NCBI RefSeq assembly: GCF_009914755.1
Contig: NC_060944.1
Direction: 5' to 3' (one strand)
Length of the DNA stretch: 64,000 nt
From: the human T2T-CHM13v2.0 reference genome, Homo sapiens
In this document: positions 41,714 through 57,489 of the stretch, piece by piece
Position numbering within the stretch: the stretch's first letter is position 1
Layout: every line of letters begins with the position of its first letter
Notes under the pieces: model-generated
The model's input: only the letters and a program-made list of their open reading frames with translations
Told to the model about the DNA's origin: nothing
The model's database searches: none
Made by a program: the position numbers and the translations under genes

Positions 41714-44700
41714 TTTTTTTTTTAAGTTTAAGTTCTGGGATACATGTGCAGGATGTGCAGGTGTGTTACATAGGTAAACATGCACCATGGTGGTTTTTTG
41801 CACTTATCAACACATCACCGAGGCATTAAGCCTAGCATGCATTAGCTATTTTTCCTGGTGCTCTTCCTCCTCGCACGACCCCTCCCCCGATGACAAGCCC
41901 CAGTGTGTGTTGTTCCCTTTCCTGGGCCCATGTGTTCTCATTGTCATCTCCTACTTATAAGTGAGAATATGTAGTGTTTGGTTTTCTGTTCCATGGATAA
42001 TGGCTTCCAGCTCCATCCATGTCTCTGCAAAGGACATAATCTTGTTCCTTTTTATGGCTGCATAGTATTCCTCAGTGTATATATACAACATTTTCTTTAT
42101 CTAGTCTATCATTGATGGGGATTTCGGTTGACTCCATGTCTTTGCTATTGTGAATAGTGCTGCAATGAATGTATGTGTGCATGTGTCTTTATAATTAATA
42201 TTCCTTTGTGTCTATACCCAGTAATGGGATTGCTGGGTCAAATGTTATTTCTGGTTCTAAGTCTTTGAGGAATTGCCACACTATTTTTCACAAGGGTTGA
42301 ACGAATTTATATTCCCACCAACAGTGTAAAAGTGTTCCTGTGTCTCCATAGCCTCACCAGCATCTCTCGTTTCTTGACTTTTTAATAGTAGCCATTCTGA
42401 CTGGTGTGAGATGGTGTCTCATAGTGGGTTTGATTTGCATTTCTCTAGTGATCAGTGATATTGACATATTTTTAGTGATCAGTGATGTTGAGCTCTTTTT
42501 CATATGTTTATTGTCTTTGAGAAGTGTCTGTTCATGTCCTTCACCCACTTTTTAATGGGGTTGTTTTTTTCTTGTAAATTTGTTTAAGTTCCTTGTAGAT
42601 TCTGTATATTAGCCCTTTGTCAGATGGATAGATTGTGAAAATTTTCTCCCATTCTATAGGTTGTCTGTTCACTCTGATTGTAGTTTCTTTTGCTGTGCAG
42701 AAGCTCTTTAATTAAATCCCATTTGTCAATTTTTGCTTCTGTTACAAATTGCTTTTGAGGTTTTCATTATGAAAGCTTTGCCTGTGCCTAGGTCCTGAAT
42801 GGTATTGCCTAGATTTTCTTCTAGGGTTTTTATAGTTTTGGGTTTTACGTTTAAGTCTTTAATCCATCTTGAGTTAATTTTTGCATAAGGTGTAAGGAAG
42901 GGGTCCAGTTTCAGTTTCCCTCATATGGCTTGCCAGTTTTCCCAGCACCACTAATTAAATAGGGAATCCTTTCCCCATTTCTTGTTTTTGTCAGGTTTGT
43001 CAAAGATCAGATGGTTGTAGATGTGCAGTCTTATTTCTGAGTTATTCTGTTCCATTGGTCTATGTGTCTGTTTCTGTACTGGTACCATGCTGTTTTGGTT
43101 ACTATAGACTTGTAGTATAATTTGAAGTTAGTGGCATGATGCCTCCAGCTTTGTTCTTTTTGCTTAGGATTGTCTTGGATGTACAGGCTCTTTTTTGATT
43201 CCATATGCATTTTAATGTAGTTTTTTTCTAATTCTGTGAAGAATGTCAATGGTAGTTTAATGGGAATAGCATTGAATCTATAAATTACTTTGGGCATTAT
43301 GGCCATTTTCACAATATTGATTCTTCCTATCCATAAGCATGGAATGTTTTTCTTTTTGTTTGTGTCCTCTCTGATTTCCTTAAGTAGTGGTTTGTAGTTT
43401 TCCTTGAAGAAGTCCTTCACTTTCCTTGTTAGCTGTATTCCTAGGTATTTTAACCTTTTTGTAGCAATTGTGAATGGGAGGTCATTCATGAATTGACTCT
43501 CTACTTGTCTAATGTTGTATAGGAATGCTTATGATTTTTGCACATTGATTTTGTATCCTGATACTTTGCTGAAGTTGCTTATCAGTTTAATAAGCTTTTG
43601 GGCTGAGATGATGGGGTTTTCTAAATATAGAATCATGTCATCTGCAAACAGAGACAGTTGACTTCCTCTCTTCCTGTTTGGATACCCTTTATTTCTTTCT
43701 CTTCCCGGATGCCTTGGCCAGAACTTCCAATACTATATTGAAAAGGAGTGGTGAGAGAGGACATCCTTGTATTGTGCCAGTTTTCAAGGGAATGCTTCCA
43801 GCTTTTGCCCATTCAGTATGATACTGGGTGTGGGTTTGTCATAAATGGCTCTTATTATTTGGAGGTATATTCCTTCAATACCTAGTTTATTAAGAGTTTT
43901 TAATATGAAGGGATGTCGAATTTTACTGAAGGCCTTTTCTGTACCTATTGAGATAATCATGTGGTTTTTATCTTTGGTTCTGTTTACATGAGGAATTACG
44001 TTTATTGATTTGTATATGTTGAACTAGCCTTGCATCCTGAGGATGAAGCCAACTTGATTGTGGTAGATGAGCTTTTTGATATGCTGCTGGATTTAGTTTG
44101 CCAATATTTTATTGAGGATTTTGCATTGATGTTCATCAGGGATATTGGCCTGAATTTTCTTTTTTTGTTGTATCTTTGCCAGGTTTTGGTATCAGAACTG
44201 TGCTGGTCTCATAAACTCATAAAATGAGTTAGGGAGGAGTCCCTCCTTTTCAATTGTTTGGAATAGTTTCAGAAGAAATGGTACCAGCACCTCATTGAAC
44301 CTCTGGTATAATTCAGCCATAAATCCATCTGGTCCTGGGCTTTTACTGGTTGGCAGGCTATTTATTACTGCCTCAGTTTCAGAACTTGTTTCGGTCTATT
44401 CAGGGATTCAACTTCTTCTTGTTTCAGTCATGGGAGGATATATGTGTCCAGGAATTTTTCCATTTCCTCTAGATTTTCTAGTTTATTTTCATAGAGGTGT
44501 TTATAGTATTCTTTGATGTTTGTTTGTATTTCTGTGGGGTCAGTAGTGATATCCCCTTTATCATTTTCTATTGTGTCTATTTGATTCTTCTCTCTTTTCT
44601 TCTTTATTAATCTAGCTAGTGGTCTATTTTATTAATTTTTTTCAAAAAAAAACTGGATTAGCTATTTTCCTGAAGGGTTTTTCATGTATCTATCTCATAC

Positions 44701-47201
44701 AGTTCCACTCTGATTTTGGTTATTTCTTGTCTTCTGCTAGCTTTGGGGTTTGTTGGTTCTTGGTTCTCTAGTTCTTTTAGTTGTGATGTCAGAATGTCGA
44801 TTTGAGATCTACTTTTTTGATGTGGGCGTTTAGTGATATCAATTTCCCTCTTAACACTGCTTTAGCTGTGTCTCAGATTCTGGTATCTTGTCTCTTTCTT
44901 CTCATTGGTTTCAAATAACTTCTTGATTTTGGCCTTAATTTAATTATTTATGCAGGAATCATTTAGGAGCAGGTTGTTCAATTTCCATGTAGTTGTGTGG
45001 TTTTGAGTGAATTTCTTAATCTTGAGTTCTAATTTGATTGTGTTGTGGTCTGATGGACTGTCATGATTTCAGTTCTTTTGCATTTGCTGAGGGGTGTTTT
45101 ACTTCCAATTATGTGATCAATTTTAGAGTGACATGTGGTGCCAAGAAGAATGTACATTCTATTGTTTTGGGGTGGAGGGTTCTGTAGAAATCTATCAGGT
45201 CCACTTGATCCAGAGTTGAGTTCAAGTCCTGAACATCTTTGTTAATTTTCTGTCTCAGTGATCTGGCTAATATTGACATTGGGGTGTTCAAGTCTCCCAC
45301 AATTATTATGTGGGAGTATAAGTCTCTTTGTAGGTCTCTAAGAACATGTTTTATGAATCTGGATACTCCTTTATTGGGTGCATATATATTTAGAATAGTT
45401 AGCTCTTCTTGTTTAATTGAGCCCTTTACCATTATGTAATTCCCTTCTTTGTCTTTTTTGATCTTTGTTGTTTTAAAGTCTGTTTTGTCAGAAACTAGAA
45501 TTGCAACCTCTGCTTTTTTCTGCTTTCCATTTGCTTGGTAAATTTTTCCCCGTCTCTTTATTTTGAGCCTATGTGTATCTATGTGTATTCAAGTGATGGG
45601 TCTCTTGAATACAGCACACTGATGGGTCTCAATTCTTTATCCAGCTTGCCAGTCTGTGTCTTTTAATTGGGGCATTTAGCCCATTTACATTTAAGGTTAA
45701 TATCGTTATGTGTGGATTCGATCCTGTCATCATGATGCTAGCTGGTTATTTTGCACACTTGTGATGTAGTTGCTTCATAGTGTCATTGGTCTGTGTGCTT
45801 CAGTGTGCTTTTGTAGTGGCTGGTAACAATTCTTCTTATCTACCTTCTGAAGCCTACTTCTGTCATTTTCATCCATCTCAGCCTCAGCCCAGTTCTGTGC
45901 CCTTGCTGGAGAGGTATTGCAATCATATGGAGAAGAGGCAGTCTGGTTTTTTGAGTTTTCAGCATTTTTTCATTGATTCTTTCTCATCATCATGACTTTA
46001 TTTACCTTTGATCTTTGGGGCTTTGAGGTTTCTGATCTTTGGATGGGGCTTTTTGTGGGGACTTTTTTGTTGATGCTGTTGTGGTTGTTGCTTTCTGTTT
46101 GTTTGCTTTTCTTTTTAACAGTCAGGCCCCTCTTCTGTAGGGTTGCTGCAGTTTTCTCAGGGCCCAGTCCAAACCCTATTTGCCTGAGTCTGTCCCACAC
46201 CTGGAGCTGTCACCCAGTGGAGGCTGCAAAACAACAAAGATGGCTGCCTGCTCCTTCCTCTGGGGGCTCCATCCCAGAGAGGCACTGACCTGATGCCAGC
46301 CAGAATGCTCCTGTATAAAGTGTCTAGTGACCACTGTTGGAGGGTCTCACCCAGTCACAAGGCATGGGATCAGGGACCCACTTAACGAAGCAGTCTGGCT
46401 GCCCCTTGGCAGAGGAGGTGTGCTGCCCTGAGGGGAATCCCACTTGTCTGGACTGCCCAGATTCCTCAGAGCCAGCAGGGGAAAGACCAAGTCTGCTGAT
46501 CTATGGAGACTGCGGCAGCCCCTTTCCCCAGGGGTTCCATCCCAGTCCTAGGGAGATCAAAGTTCTGTCCATAAACCCCTGGCTGGAGTTGCTGAAATTC
46601 CCACAGGGAGGCCCTATTGGGTGAGGAGGGATGGGTCTGAGTTCAGCCTAAAGAGGCAGTCTGGCCATGGTCTGCCACAACCGCTGTGCTGTGCTGTGGG
46701 GAATTCCTCCTAGGTCCAAACCACCCAGTCTCCACGGCACCAGCAGAGGGAAACCGCAGACTGGAGCTGCAGTGATGGTGGCCGCTCCTCACCCTGGCAA
46801 CTCAGCAGTCTTAGGCAGCCTCCTGCCGAGTGGCCTCTGAGAACCTGCACAGCTGTGTGCTTGGGACCCGAGGCCCTGGTGGCGTGAGCTCACGAGGGGA
46901 CCTCCTGATCCATGGGTTGCACATATCAGTGGGAAAAGTGTGGTTTCCCGGATGGGGTAGCACAATCACTCGCCACTTCCCTTGGCTGGGGGTGGGAGGT
47001 CCCCTTGCCTTGGGTGGCTCCTGGGTAGGCTGTCACTCCACCCTGCTTTTTCTCGCCCTTCGTGGGTCACGCCAACCGCCTAGTCAGTCCCAGTGAGAAC
47101 CTGGACACCTCAGATGCTGGCGCAGGATTCACTCGCTGTTTTTATTCTGCTTGGTGGGAGTCTCCAACCATAGCTGTTTCTAGTTGGCCATCTTGGCCCC
47201 A
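41714..47201 (-). mobile_element. 5'-complete L1PA8-type LINE-1 with an internal ORF1 deletion
   Basis: 16-bp TSD GAAATGCTCTTTTTCT (41698-41713, 47202-47217); 5' GGGGCCAAGATGGCC (YY1 site); ORF2 start MTGSNPHITILTLNVNGLN at 45730; ORF2 remnants 45109-45432 (endonuclease) and 43031-43489. Confidence 0.95.
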
Positions 47202-47499
47202 GAAATGCTCTTTTTCTAGATTTTGGGTTATCAGTTGGGGCCCCATCTTAAAAAAAAAAAAAAAAACAAGTGGTGCTGATACTTATAGCAGAAGACTTTC
47301 TAAAACAGATTTTTCTACTTTAACTTGCCATTTTCTTCAGGCCAGAAAAGCTGAGACCTCAGCACTTTGCAGGAAGGAAATAGGTCTCTAGTGCATCCCG
47401 GAGACCCGGGGGACGAAGGGCTCTATGAGTTCACATGGTTTCAATATGGTGATGTCATGTGGCACAGCAATGTCCCCTGAACCTATGCCGGATTGGTTT

Positions 47500-48010
47500 T
47501 TAACAGTATCATCAAACAGCACATCTACCAGGACTCTTTAGGTTAAAAAAAATCCAGCTCAAACTGGATTAGAAAAGGAAGAGGGGAATTAATTGGCTGC
47601 AGGCATGGCAGATCCAGGGGCCCCAGGTGACATAAGGACTCACTCTGTTCCATTTCTCACTCACTATGTTGGTTTCATTTTCTAAGATGCCTTATACTCA
47701 GCAGTCTCTCTCCATGCAATGACAAAAGGTGGCCTTCAGCAGCTCCAGGCACACAGCCTCCCAGCTCAGCACCCTCACCAGAGAAAGCACAGATCCAGCA
47801 AACAATTAGAGGATGGCTTCATTTAATTGCATTAGGTTATGTGACCATCTCTGCACTCATTCCCATGATTAGATGTGAAAACTATTCTTAGAACTAGCCT
47901 GTGGGTCTGCACCATCCTTACCACATGGTCTGAGAGTAGGGAAGGGGTGAGGTCCCCAAACAAAATGATGACAGCACACCTGGAAGAAGGGGAATGCTTG
48001 CTGGGCAGTG
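47500..48010 (-). mobile_element. Old MaLR LTR (MLT1K-like)
   Basis: CAGGACTCTTTAGGTT..CCAGCTCAAACTGG..GGGGAATTAATTGGCT..CAGGCATGGCAGATCCAGGGG. Confidence 0.6.
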
Positions 48011-48984
48011 AAGAGGTGTCTTTCACATTAAGGCTGAGAAATGGAAAATTAATCGGTGATCCAAGTGAGGCTCAAGAGGAAATTCTCCCTACTGCCTATT
48101 CAATTGGAATTCCCCTGAGGTTGGTGCTCAATGAAACTTTGTTAAATATGTTAAATGAAATAATTGTTCAAGAAAGCAGAAGATAGCAAACTGTCATCTG
48201 TAAGGCAAAATTGCAAACTACTGGAGATCGGTACAGTGGCTGACTCCCTTCCACCTGACTGGTTTGAAAATCAAATGATTTGACACATGGGCTCCTTGGA
48301 GAGATGAGGCGCCACAGCGTTTGGGCAGAGTTAGGCAAGGTTCCCACAAGATCTGCTGCAACCCAACACTGAAAACCCAGAATGATCCAGCCTTGCTCCC
48401 CGTCCTGATGTCTGCCGGCACTGCTGGGCAGAGGAAGGGCTCCTGTGTTATAGGCAGCTCCCCCACAGGCCCCTGGGTTGTCCTGACAAAGGAGAGGATG
48501 GCACCAGTCGCAGAAGCTGCCTGCCAACTCTCACAGTTGTTCTGGGCAGATAACTCCGTCCTGACAAGCCTGACTTGCCCTAGAGTCTCTCCAAAGCAAG
48601 GGCTGTGGCTGCAGGAGGGAGGGACATGGCTGCTCTGGACACCCTCAGGGTATTGTTCTTACGTGATCTGTGGACAAGCAGATTTGGTCCTTTAAACTCT
48701 GCCTTTACCTGTGGGCTGCTATTTCCCATCCACAACCCTTCTTCACCACTGTGGTTCCACTTAGGTGACTGCAGACCTAAAGCCCTACTGGGAGCATTGC
48801 ATTTTCCAGCTTTCCTCTTTCAGTCTGTAATTGTCTTAAATAATAACACTAGGTGCAGCCCCGAATGGATGGCGTGCAGGCTCCCAGGTCACTAAAAAGT
48901 GGGTCCTAAACCATAGCTTTCTTTATGCCAGCTGTGTGTCTTTGGGAGAGAGGCTTACATTTTTGTTCCAATCTTTTTCGTTTT

Positions 48985-49395
48985 TTGATAAACTTTTTAT
49001 TTCAGAATAGTTTAGATTTATAGAAAAACTACTAATACACCACAGAAAGCTCAACTGTCCCCATTATTGACAACCTACATCAGTATGACATATTTGTTAT
49101 AATTAATCAATATTGATGCATTCTCATTAACTAAGGTCCAAACCTCATGTGGAGTTCCTTATTTTTTCCTCTGTGATGTCCCTTTTCTCTTGCAGGTGCC
49201 CATCCAGGACCCCACATGACAGCTAGTCATCATGTCTCCTTGAGAACCTCTTGGCTGTGACAGTTTCTCTGACTGTCTTTGTTTTTGATAACCTTGACAG
49301 TTTTGAGGAGGGTCCGGTCAGGGTTTTTGTAGAATATCCTTCAGTTGGGATTCATCCAATGTCTTTCTCATTGTTAGACAGGGAACATGGGGAGG
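48985..49395 (-). mobile_element. L1MB/MC-like 3' end
   Basis: TTTCAGAATAGTTTAGATTTATAGAAAAA..CCCATCCAGGA..GATAACCTTGACAGTTTTGAGGAG. Confidence 0.7.
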
Positions 49396-49419
49396 CCTGT
49401 TCTATTTTCTTTTCTGATG

Positions 49420-49640
49420 GCTGACATGTAGTGAGCATCTGCTCTGATCTAGCACAGTGCTGATCACTGCTCCTGGATGATCTCATTTAATCATTACAAA
49501 GCAAACACCACATAGATATCATGATTAAGCCCATTTTACAGATGTGAAAAGTGAAGCACAGCAAGGACTAGTACCTTTGCTAAGTCCCGACAGCTGGGAA
49601 GATGGACAGCCGGTGGTGTTAATCGGAGTCTAGAGAGAAC
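49420..49640 (-). mobile_element. MIR
   Basis: ATCTCATTTAATC..CCCATTTTACAGATGTGAAAAGTGAAGCACAG. Confidence 0.7.
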
Positions 49641-50393
49641 CAGAGATCAGGGATGCCAAATCCTCCTAGGATGCAGGCTAGAATGGAATCTTGATCATAA
49701 AAAACTTGCCATTTATTTGTGGCAGGTCTATGAGCTCTAGTTTTAAATTTTGTCAACTCCTACTGGCTTGAGCAAGACGTTTGACTCGAGGCCTGTAGCT
49801 TCCTAGGCCTGGCAACCTCCCACCATAGAAGGCCCTCCAAGGCCAGGGAGCCTGGACCTCTGTGGGCAAGAAGGTGTAGATGCAGCAAGCCTGGGCAGGG
49901 ATGGCCTGATGAGTCCCACCCCAACTATGAAAGGAATTTGCAGGAGAGCTGGAAGGACAGAGGAGTTCAGAATTTAGGTGGGAGTGATGTCTAGTGTGGG
50001 CAAAAGGTAGCAGGGGAGGGGAAGCAAGGCAGCCTCGGGCCGTTTCACACAAAGGGTGGGTGAGCCCGGCCAGTCTGCAGCAGATATTCAGCCACTGCCC
50101 CTGCCCCAGCCCACTCATCAGCTCGTGGCTTCATCATGCTGTGGGATCCTGCAAACTACATTTCTCCTTTGGGTCCTGACAACAGGCAGGAGGCTGCAGG
50201 GCTCCTTTGTGTTCGGGTGTCCCCCAGCTGTGGGCTCCAAGCTCTACTTCTTCCAACACCCCAAAGCCAGCCTCGGGGGCCTGTGAGGCTCCTGTACACA
50301 GTGGGCCGTGCCCTCTGCTCTGTCCTCCCAGCTTCTAGGTTCTGATGGCTAACAATGAACATTTACTAGTTTAGTGTTGCCCTCAATTCAGTC

Positions 50394-50795
<402 letters not shown>

Positions 50796-51781
50796 TAAAA
50801 GACACTTCATATTTTTATTATCAGTGAAAAACGAATGTCTTAATTTGTCTTAATTTTTAAAAAATGCACGGCAATTAAACAAGTGTTTGTCCTTGTACTA
50901 AAATCTGTCTCCCACCATTCACGATGGAGTAACAGCCTCTGCAAAACCCTGGGGTATTCATTCAAATGGTATTTATTGAGGACCTATGGATGCAAATGCT
51001 TTTGTAATTGCTCTGAGGAGTTTTACAAAGGTGACCCAGACCCTCAGCCACAGTAAACCAGGCTTTCAAGCCTTCCTCCCCCACCGCCTTTCCACCCACA
51101 ATGACCACTCAAACACGGAGCTTGGAATCCTTTGAAATGCCTGGTGGAGCTGGCTCTGTCCCTGATGGGTATGGCTGGTGTGAGGAACTGGGGACATCAG
51201 GGAGAACGCAGAACTGAACTTGAATTACTCACATCACACATGAGCTGAAACCCCCAGAAGTTTAACAGGACATTATTCATTATAATTTATGGAAATATAT
51301 TAGAGAATTTCCCAATGTAACTGAAAAGGTCTAAATGATATTCAAAGGAGAATATTTAATGACATGTTAGAAGGTACTACATTTGAGAGCTGTTTGTTAA
51401 AGTGCTCCCAATTTTGACAAACGTTTGTAGAAGTGTTTTTTTTTTTAAATCCTGAGGGAACAGAAGTAATAATGTGGGTAAAAACTTTGAGTAATATTTA
51501 CAAATGACACTGGGAAAAATAAGAAAGCATCTGACGTATTTTCTCTTGTTTGCATAATAAAATCAGACATCACTGGCTTATGTACATAATTATCAGGACT
51601 CATCTTTATAAAACCAATAAGGAATGTTAAATCAAGAATTTTTGTTAGAATTTTAAGTTAAACAGATGGTAAAGACTTACTAGTGCCGATTCATCTAATA
51701 AAAAAAAATCTCAGGATAACTTCATCTAATTTCATAAAATCAAAGCAAATAGAGTAAGTGCTTTACCATTTTCTTTTGAGA

Positions 51782-51855
51782 ATATATACGTGTATATGAA
51801 TATATATGTGTGTGTATATGAATATATGTGTATATATGTATGTGTGTGTGTATAT
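51782..51855. repeat. (TA)/(TG) microsatellite
   Basis: Seen directly. Confidence 0.85.
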
Positions 51856-52380
51856 TGCATTAAGTACATTTACAATGCTGTGAAAACATAATCGCTACCC
51901 ACTTCCAGAACTTCCTTATCATCCTAAACAGAGGTTCTGTACCCACTAAACAATAACCCCCATTTTCTCCCTCTCCTCAGCCACTGATTATCTCTATTCT
52001 CGCTTCTGTCTCTGTGAATTTGCCAATTTTAGTTACCTTACATAAGAGGAATCATACAATATTTGTCTTTTTGTGTCTGTCTTATTCCACTTATAATATC
52101 TCCAAGGCTCATGCATGTTGCAGCATGTATCTGCATTTCATTCATTTTTAGAGTTGAATAATATTCCATTGTGTGGCTATGTCATATTTTGTTGGTCTTT
52201 CTATCTATTGAAGAGCATTTGGGTTGTTTCCACCTCTTGATTACCGTGAATAATGCAGCCATGAATATGGGTATTCAGGTGCCTGTTTGAGTCCCTGCTT
52301 TTAATTTTCATGGTTATATCCCTAGGAGCGGAATTGCTGTGTCGTATGGTTATTGGATGTTTAACTTTTTGAGGAACCCT
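51856..52380 (-). mobile_element. L1MB-like 3' end
   Basis: GCATTAAGTACATTTACAATG..TTCCAGAACT..GGAATCATACAATATTTGTC..TTAACTTTTTGAGGAAC. Confidence 0.8.
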
Positions 52381-52977
52381 TTTGTCATACTTTTATGTCA
52401 AATGAATCCTTTGGAAATTGAATTTATCTGTACAGTTATGAGGCACAGTCCTTTTTAAATTTTATTTTAAAATCCAGAAGCATTTGGTTACCCACTAATA
52501 CCTACTGAGCCCCTCCTGATTGCTAGGCTGGGTTCTAGATGCGGGGACTATGTAGAGAACAAAACACAGCCCTTGTTCTCGTGCAACTTATGTTCTAATG
52601 TGGGAGACAGAAAGCAAGCATGTGAATCTATGATGTCAGAGAGTAAGAAAGTCCTAAGAGGACACAGAACAGAAGAGGGCGATGGAGAGTCTCCCTGAGC
52701 TCCTGTCATCACTGGGTGGCTGGGGAAGGCTCCTGCAGGGAGGCATTGAAGCAGAAACCTCCACTGACTGAGGAAGCCATGGTGGGGGAAGCTGGAAGGA
52801 AAACATTCCTAGCTGGAGGCACAGCAAGTGCAAAGGTTTGGCAGAATCCTAGAGCGGCTGGAAGCCTTGTGGCTGCAGCCCTGTGAGGGAGGGTGATTAG
52901 GGGGAAGCTGGCTGGATCACAGAGGGGCTCCCCAGCTGTATCAGTCAGTCCTCATATTGCTATAAAGAAATACCTGA

Positions 52978-53623
<646 letters not shown>

Positions 53624-55499
53624 GAGACTGGGTAATTTATAAGAAGAGAGGTTTCATTGCCTATGGCTCCACAGGCTGTAGAGGAAGCATGGCAGCATCT
53701 GCTTCTGAGGAGGTCTCAGGGAGCTTCCAATCACGGCGGAAGGCAAAGTGGGAGCAGGCGTCTTACAGGACAGGAGCAGGACCAAGGGGGTGGGGGAGGT
53801 GCTGCACACTTTTAAACAGCCAGATATCAGGGGATCTCACTCATGATCAGACCGGCACCAAGGGGGAGATTAGCCCCCATTATCCAGTCACTTCCAACTA
53901 GGCCCCAGCTGGGGATTACAGTTCGATATGAGGTTTGGGTGGGGACACAGATCCAAACCATATCATCAGCTATGTGAGAACTTTGGGTTTCTGGTTGAGG
54001 GCAATGGCAGGCCCTTGCCAGGTTTTGTGCTGGGAGTGAGAGGATCTGGTTTCTATTTTGAAAGGATCCTTCTGCCTGTTGGTGAAAATGACTGGGGAGG
54101 GCAGAGAGTGGAAACAGGGAGGCCCACTTGCTCTCTGTGTGGGACGGCACCCCTGAGAGGGCATTTCTTCCAGGCTTAGGGAGTCAGTGCATGAAGAGCA
54201 CGTTGAAACCGGCATTTCAATCTGACATTGAAGTTGCTTTCCAGGAAATTACACTCTTTCAACGCCTACATTAGAAGGGCTATGTGGGCCGTTCACCTTT
54301 TGCCTTTTCAATTTCTCATCAAACTCATTGCCCAGTGTACTCCTGTCATTACGCACAAATGAGCACATGAGGAGCAAATGGCATCCACACCTTTGCCAGC
54401 ATCTCGGCAGCTGAGTCCTCCCCACACACAAAAGATGCTAAAGAGGACGTATGGGTCAAGATGCTCCTCTCTAAGCTAGGACCCAGGAAAAATAGTCTGT
54501 AAAATTAAGTGAATGCCTTCTTTCTGTGTGCTTCTCTCATCCTGTTTGAAGAAAACCAAATGCGAAAGAAGAATTAAAGAAGAAATCTGAAAGACTTCCC
54601 ACGCGGAACTCTGGGATGGTAACCAAACCCAACCTCTAACCTTAATGTGAAGAGTATCTTGGGTTGTAATAACAAAAACAAAACAAAAAAATTTAGATTT
54701 TTAAGCACTTTGTTTATCTAGTTTTACAAACTTAGGAGTTACATGTTCCTTATTAAAATTTATTGGTGGAGGAGAAGAAGAGAATAGAAGAGGAAAATAT
54801 CAATTGTTCCGTTTTGAGTACATGTTTCTCTTGATTAGTGAAGGGTTATTTCCAAATTTAATATGAGATGTTGGTGATCTGACGTTTAACATTTGAAGTT
54901 ACTTAGAGTAACTTATTTCCCCAAATTCAGTAATGCCAAGAAACACAATTAAGCTGATTAACTCCATGGAATGGGCCGTCTGTGCTGTTTAATCCATTTT
55001 GGGGATGGTGACCTCCGACACCACACTTTGGCATCAGTATTGATGACTTCGTACATTTCCTGGCCCTCTCTACACTGGGGAAGTCATGTAACCACAGAAA
55101 TAGTATTTATTTTTCTTACATGTTAAATCCCATCCCAAATCATATGGGAAGAGCAAAACGACAGTGCAAATTATAATCCAAACGAGATAAAGTGACAACA
55201 GTAGACCAGGAGGTCTTGAAAGTTAAAAGGCAAATAAAATCAGCCACTCAGAGAAACGAAGCCAGAGCAAACACAGGCAAAGGTCCGGGAAGGGCAGGAA
55301 AGAGTCCAGAGCTGAAGACCTGGCAGGCGGGAGGGTGGAGGTGGGGTTCAGGGGCTTTGCCAAGCAGGTTACCTGAGGGTCTTCATTCGGGGAGGAGGCT
55401 CTTTCCATCTCTCCACAGTGTCAAGTAGGAGTGATATTTGCCTGAGGCCAAAGCGGGTAGTGAGGGCTCCAGGTCACAAAGCCAGTGAGTCAGTGACCT

Positions 55500-56520
55500 C
55501 CAGAGAGCCAGGGTGGCTCCCACACCCAGAAAACAAGATCTGTCAGCCAGCAGCAGCTGGCCCTGCCCCTGCCCACAATCTCAGAAAGCAGGCATCAATA
55601 AATGGACCAGGCAGGAAACCAGGGCGTTTAACACATAAAGATAAGCAAATCATCACACATCAGCAGACACTTGAGAGAAATCAACAGTGGGGTGCATGAC
55701 TCCAAATGCATCCAACTGAAGAACCAAAATGTAACGAATGGGAATAACCCAGCAAACTGAAGAAAATGGAGCAACTTTAGGTACTTTGGAGAGATTCAAG
55801 TATGTAAAGCATCATCTATGATGTAAATGAATCCACCAGAGATCTAAGAAGTTAAAAATGGGATTATTGAAATGCTGTATTAAGCTCCATGCATGGGCTG
55901 AGTAGCAGAATGGATATAGCTAAAGCTTAAGGGATTCTTCTAGAATGCACCAACATTCTATGTGTAAGATAGATGAGAGAATGTAAGATAGATAAGAGGC
56001 ATAGAGAATGAATCTCCACGATGGACATCTAGTTAAAGAATTCTGGGAAGGAAGAAAAGAGGCAATGTGGAGAAGGAATTGAAAAGAAAAAATCAGTGAA
56101 AATTTTCCAGAGTTACAAAAAGACACGTGTCATCATATTGAAGGTACCCACTGCATTGGGAGCAGGAGAAATAAGAAAGGCCTGCGCTGGACACATTGTG
56201 CTGAATTTTCAGAAAACCAAGGCCGAGTAGAATATCAAAAGCTCCCAGAAAGAAAAATGAGGTTTCTTGCAAAGAAACACAGTTCAGATCGGCATTAGAC
56301 TTCTCACTGCCAGTGTCAGATGTTAGGAGATGATGTGGGACTTGGCAGTTCTGAGGGAAGCTGGCTTGCACGTAGGATCTTGTGTTGAGCCGAAATCACA
56401 TTCAGGTTAGAGAGCAAAATGGAACCCTGCAGAGATGCAAGGACCCAAAAAGCTTGCCTTCCAGAGATACTCTGAGGATGACTCGAGTATGTCCTCAAGC
56501 ACCGTGAGAGTAAATCCAAA
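55500..56520 (+). mobile_element. Old L1M 5'/ORF1-region fragment
   Basis: A-rich; GAAAATTTTCCAGAGTT, ATATTGAAGGTACCCACTG, GGCATTAGACTTCTCA motifs. Confidence 0.6.
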
Positions 56521-57085
56521 ATTAGTACATGTTTGCAACACAATTCAAATAATGCAAACATGTACAAAGTAGAAAGTGAATTTCCTCCTTTTCCTCCCAC
56601 CCCCAAGATAGCCACTGTTTGTAACATCACAGTGTAGAACACATTCTTCCAGATATTATGTGTGTGTGCGTGTGTGTGTGTGTAGAACACACATCTTTAC
56701 AGAAAGACCACATTCTACATGATTTTGGCAAAGCTGCTTTTGTAACTGGAAATTTTACTATGGCAAACAGTCCAGTCTCCTTACGTGCATAACTCCTGGT
56801 TCATGGCAAATTGGTTCATGGTAAATTTCACACAGGCTTCTGTGCCCTAGAGGGCCTTAATTTATTTTACCAGTCCTATTAACAATGTTTACATTGCTTT
56901 TATATTTCACTACTAAACGAACACTGCAGTGAGTATCCCTTGGATTTTTATCTCTGCATACAAGCTAATATTTATGCAAGATAAACCTCTAGAATTGGAA
57001 TAATTGCTAGATTAGAGGAAATGGCCAATTAAAAAAGTGATAGATCTTACTAACTCTTCCTCCAACATAATAGTAACCATTTATT

Positions 57086-57489
<404 letters not shown>

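Noticed and set aside
43031-45432. ORFs with L1 endonuclease/RT-region similarity as an active gene
   Set aside because: Fragments of a disrupted L1 ORF2 with stops and frameshifts
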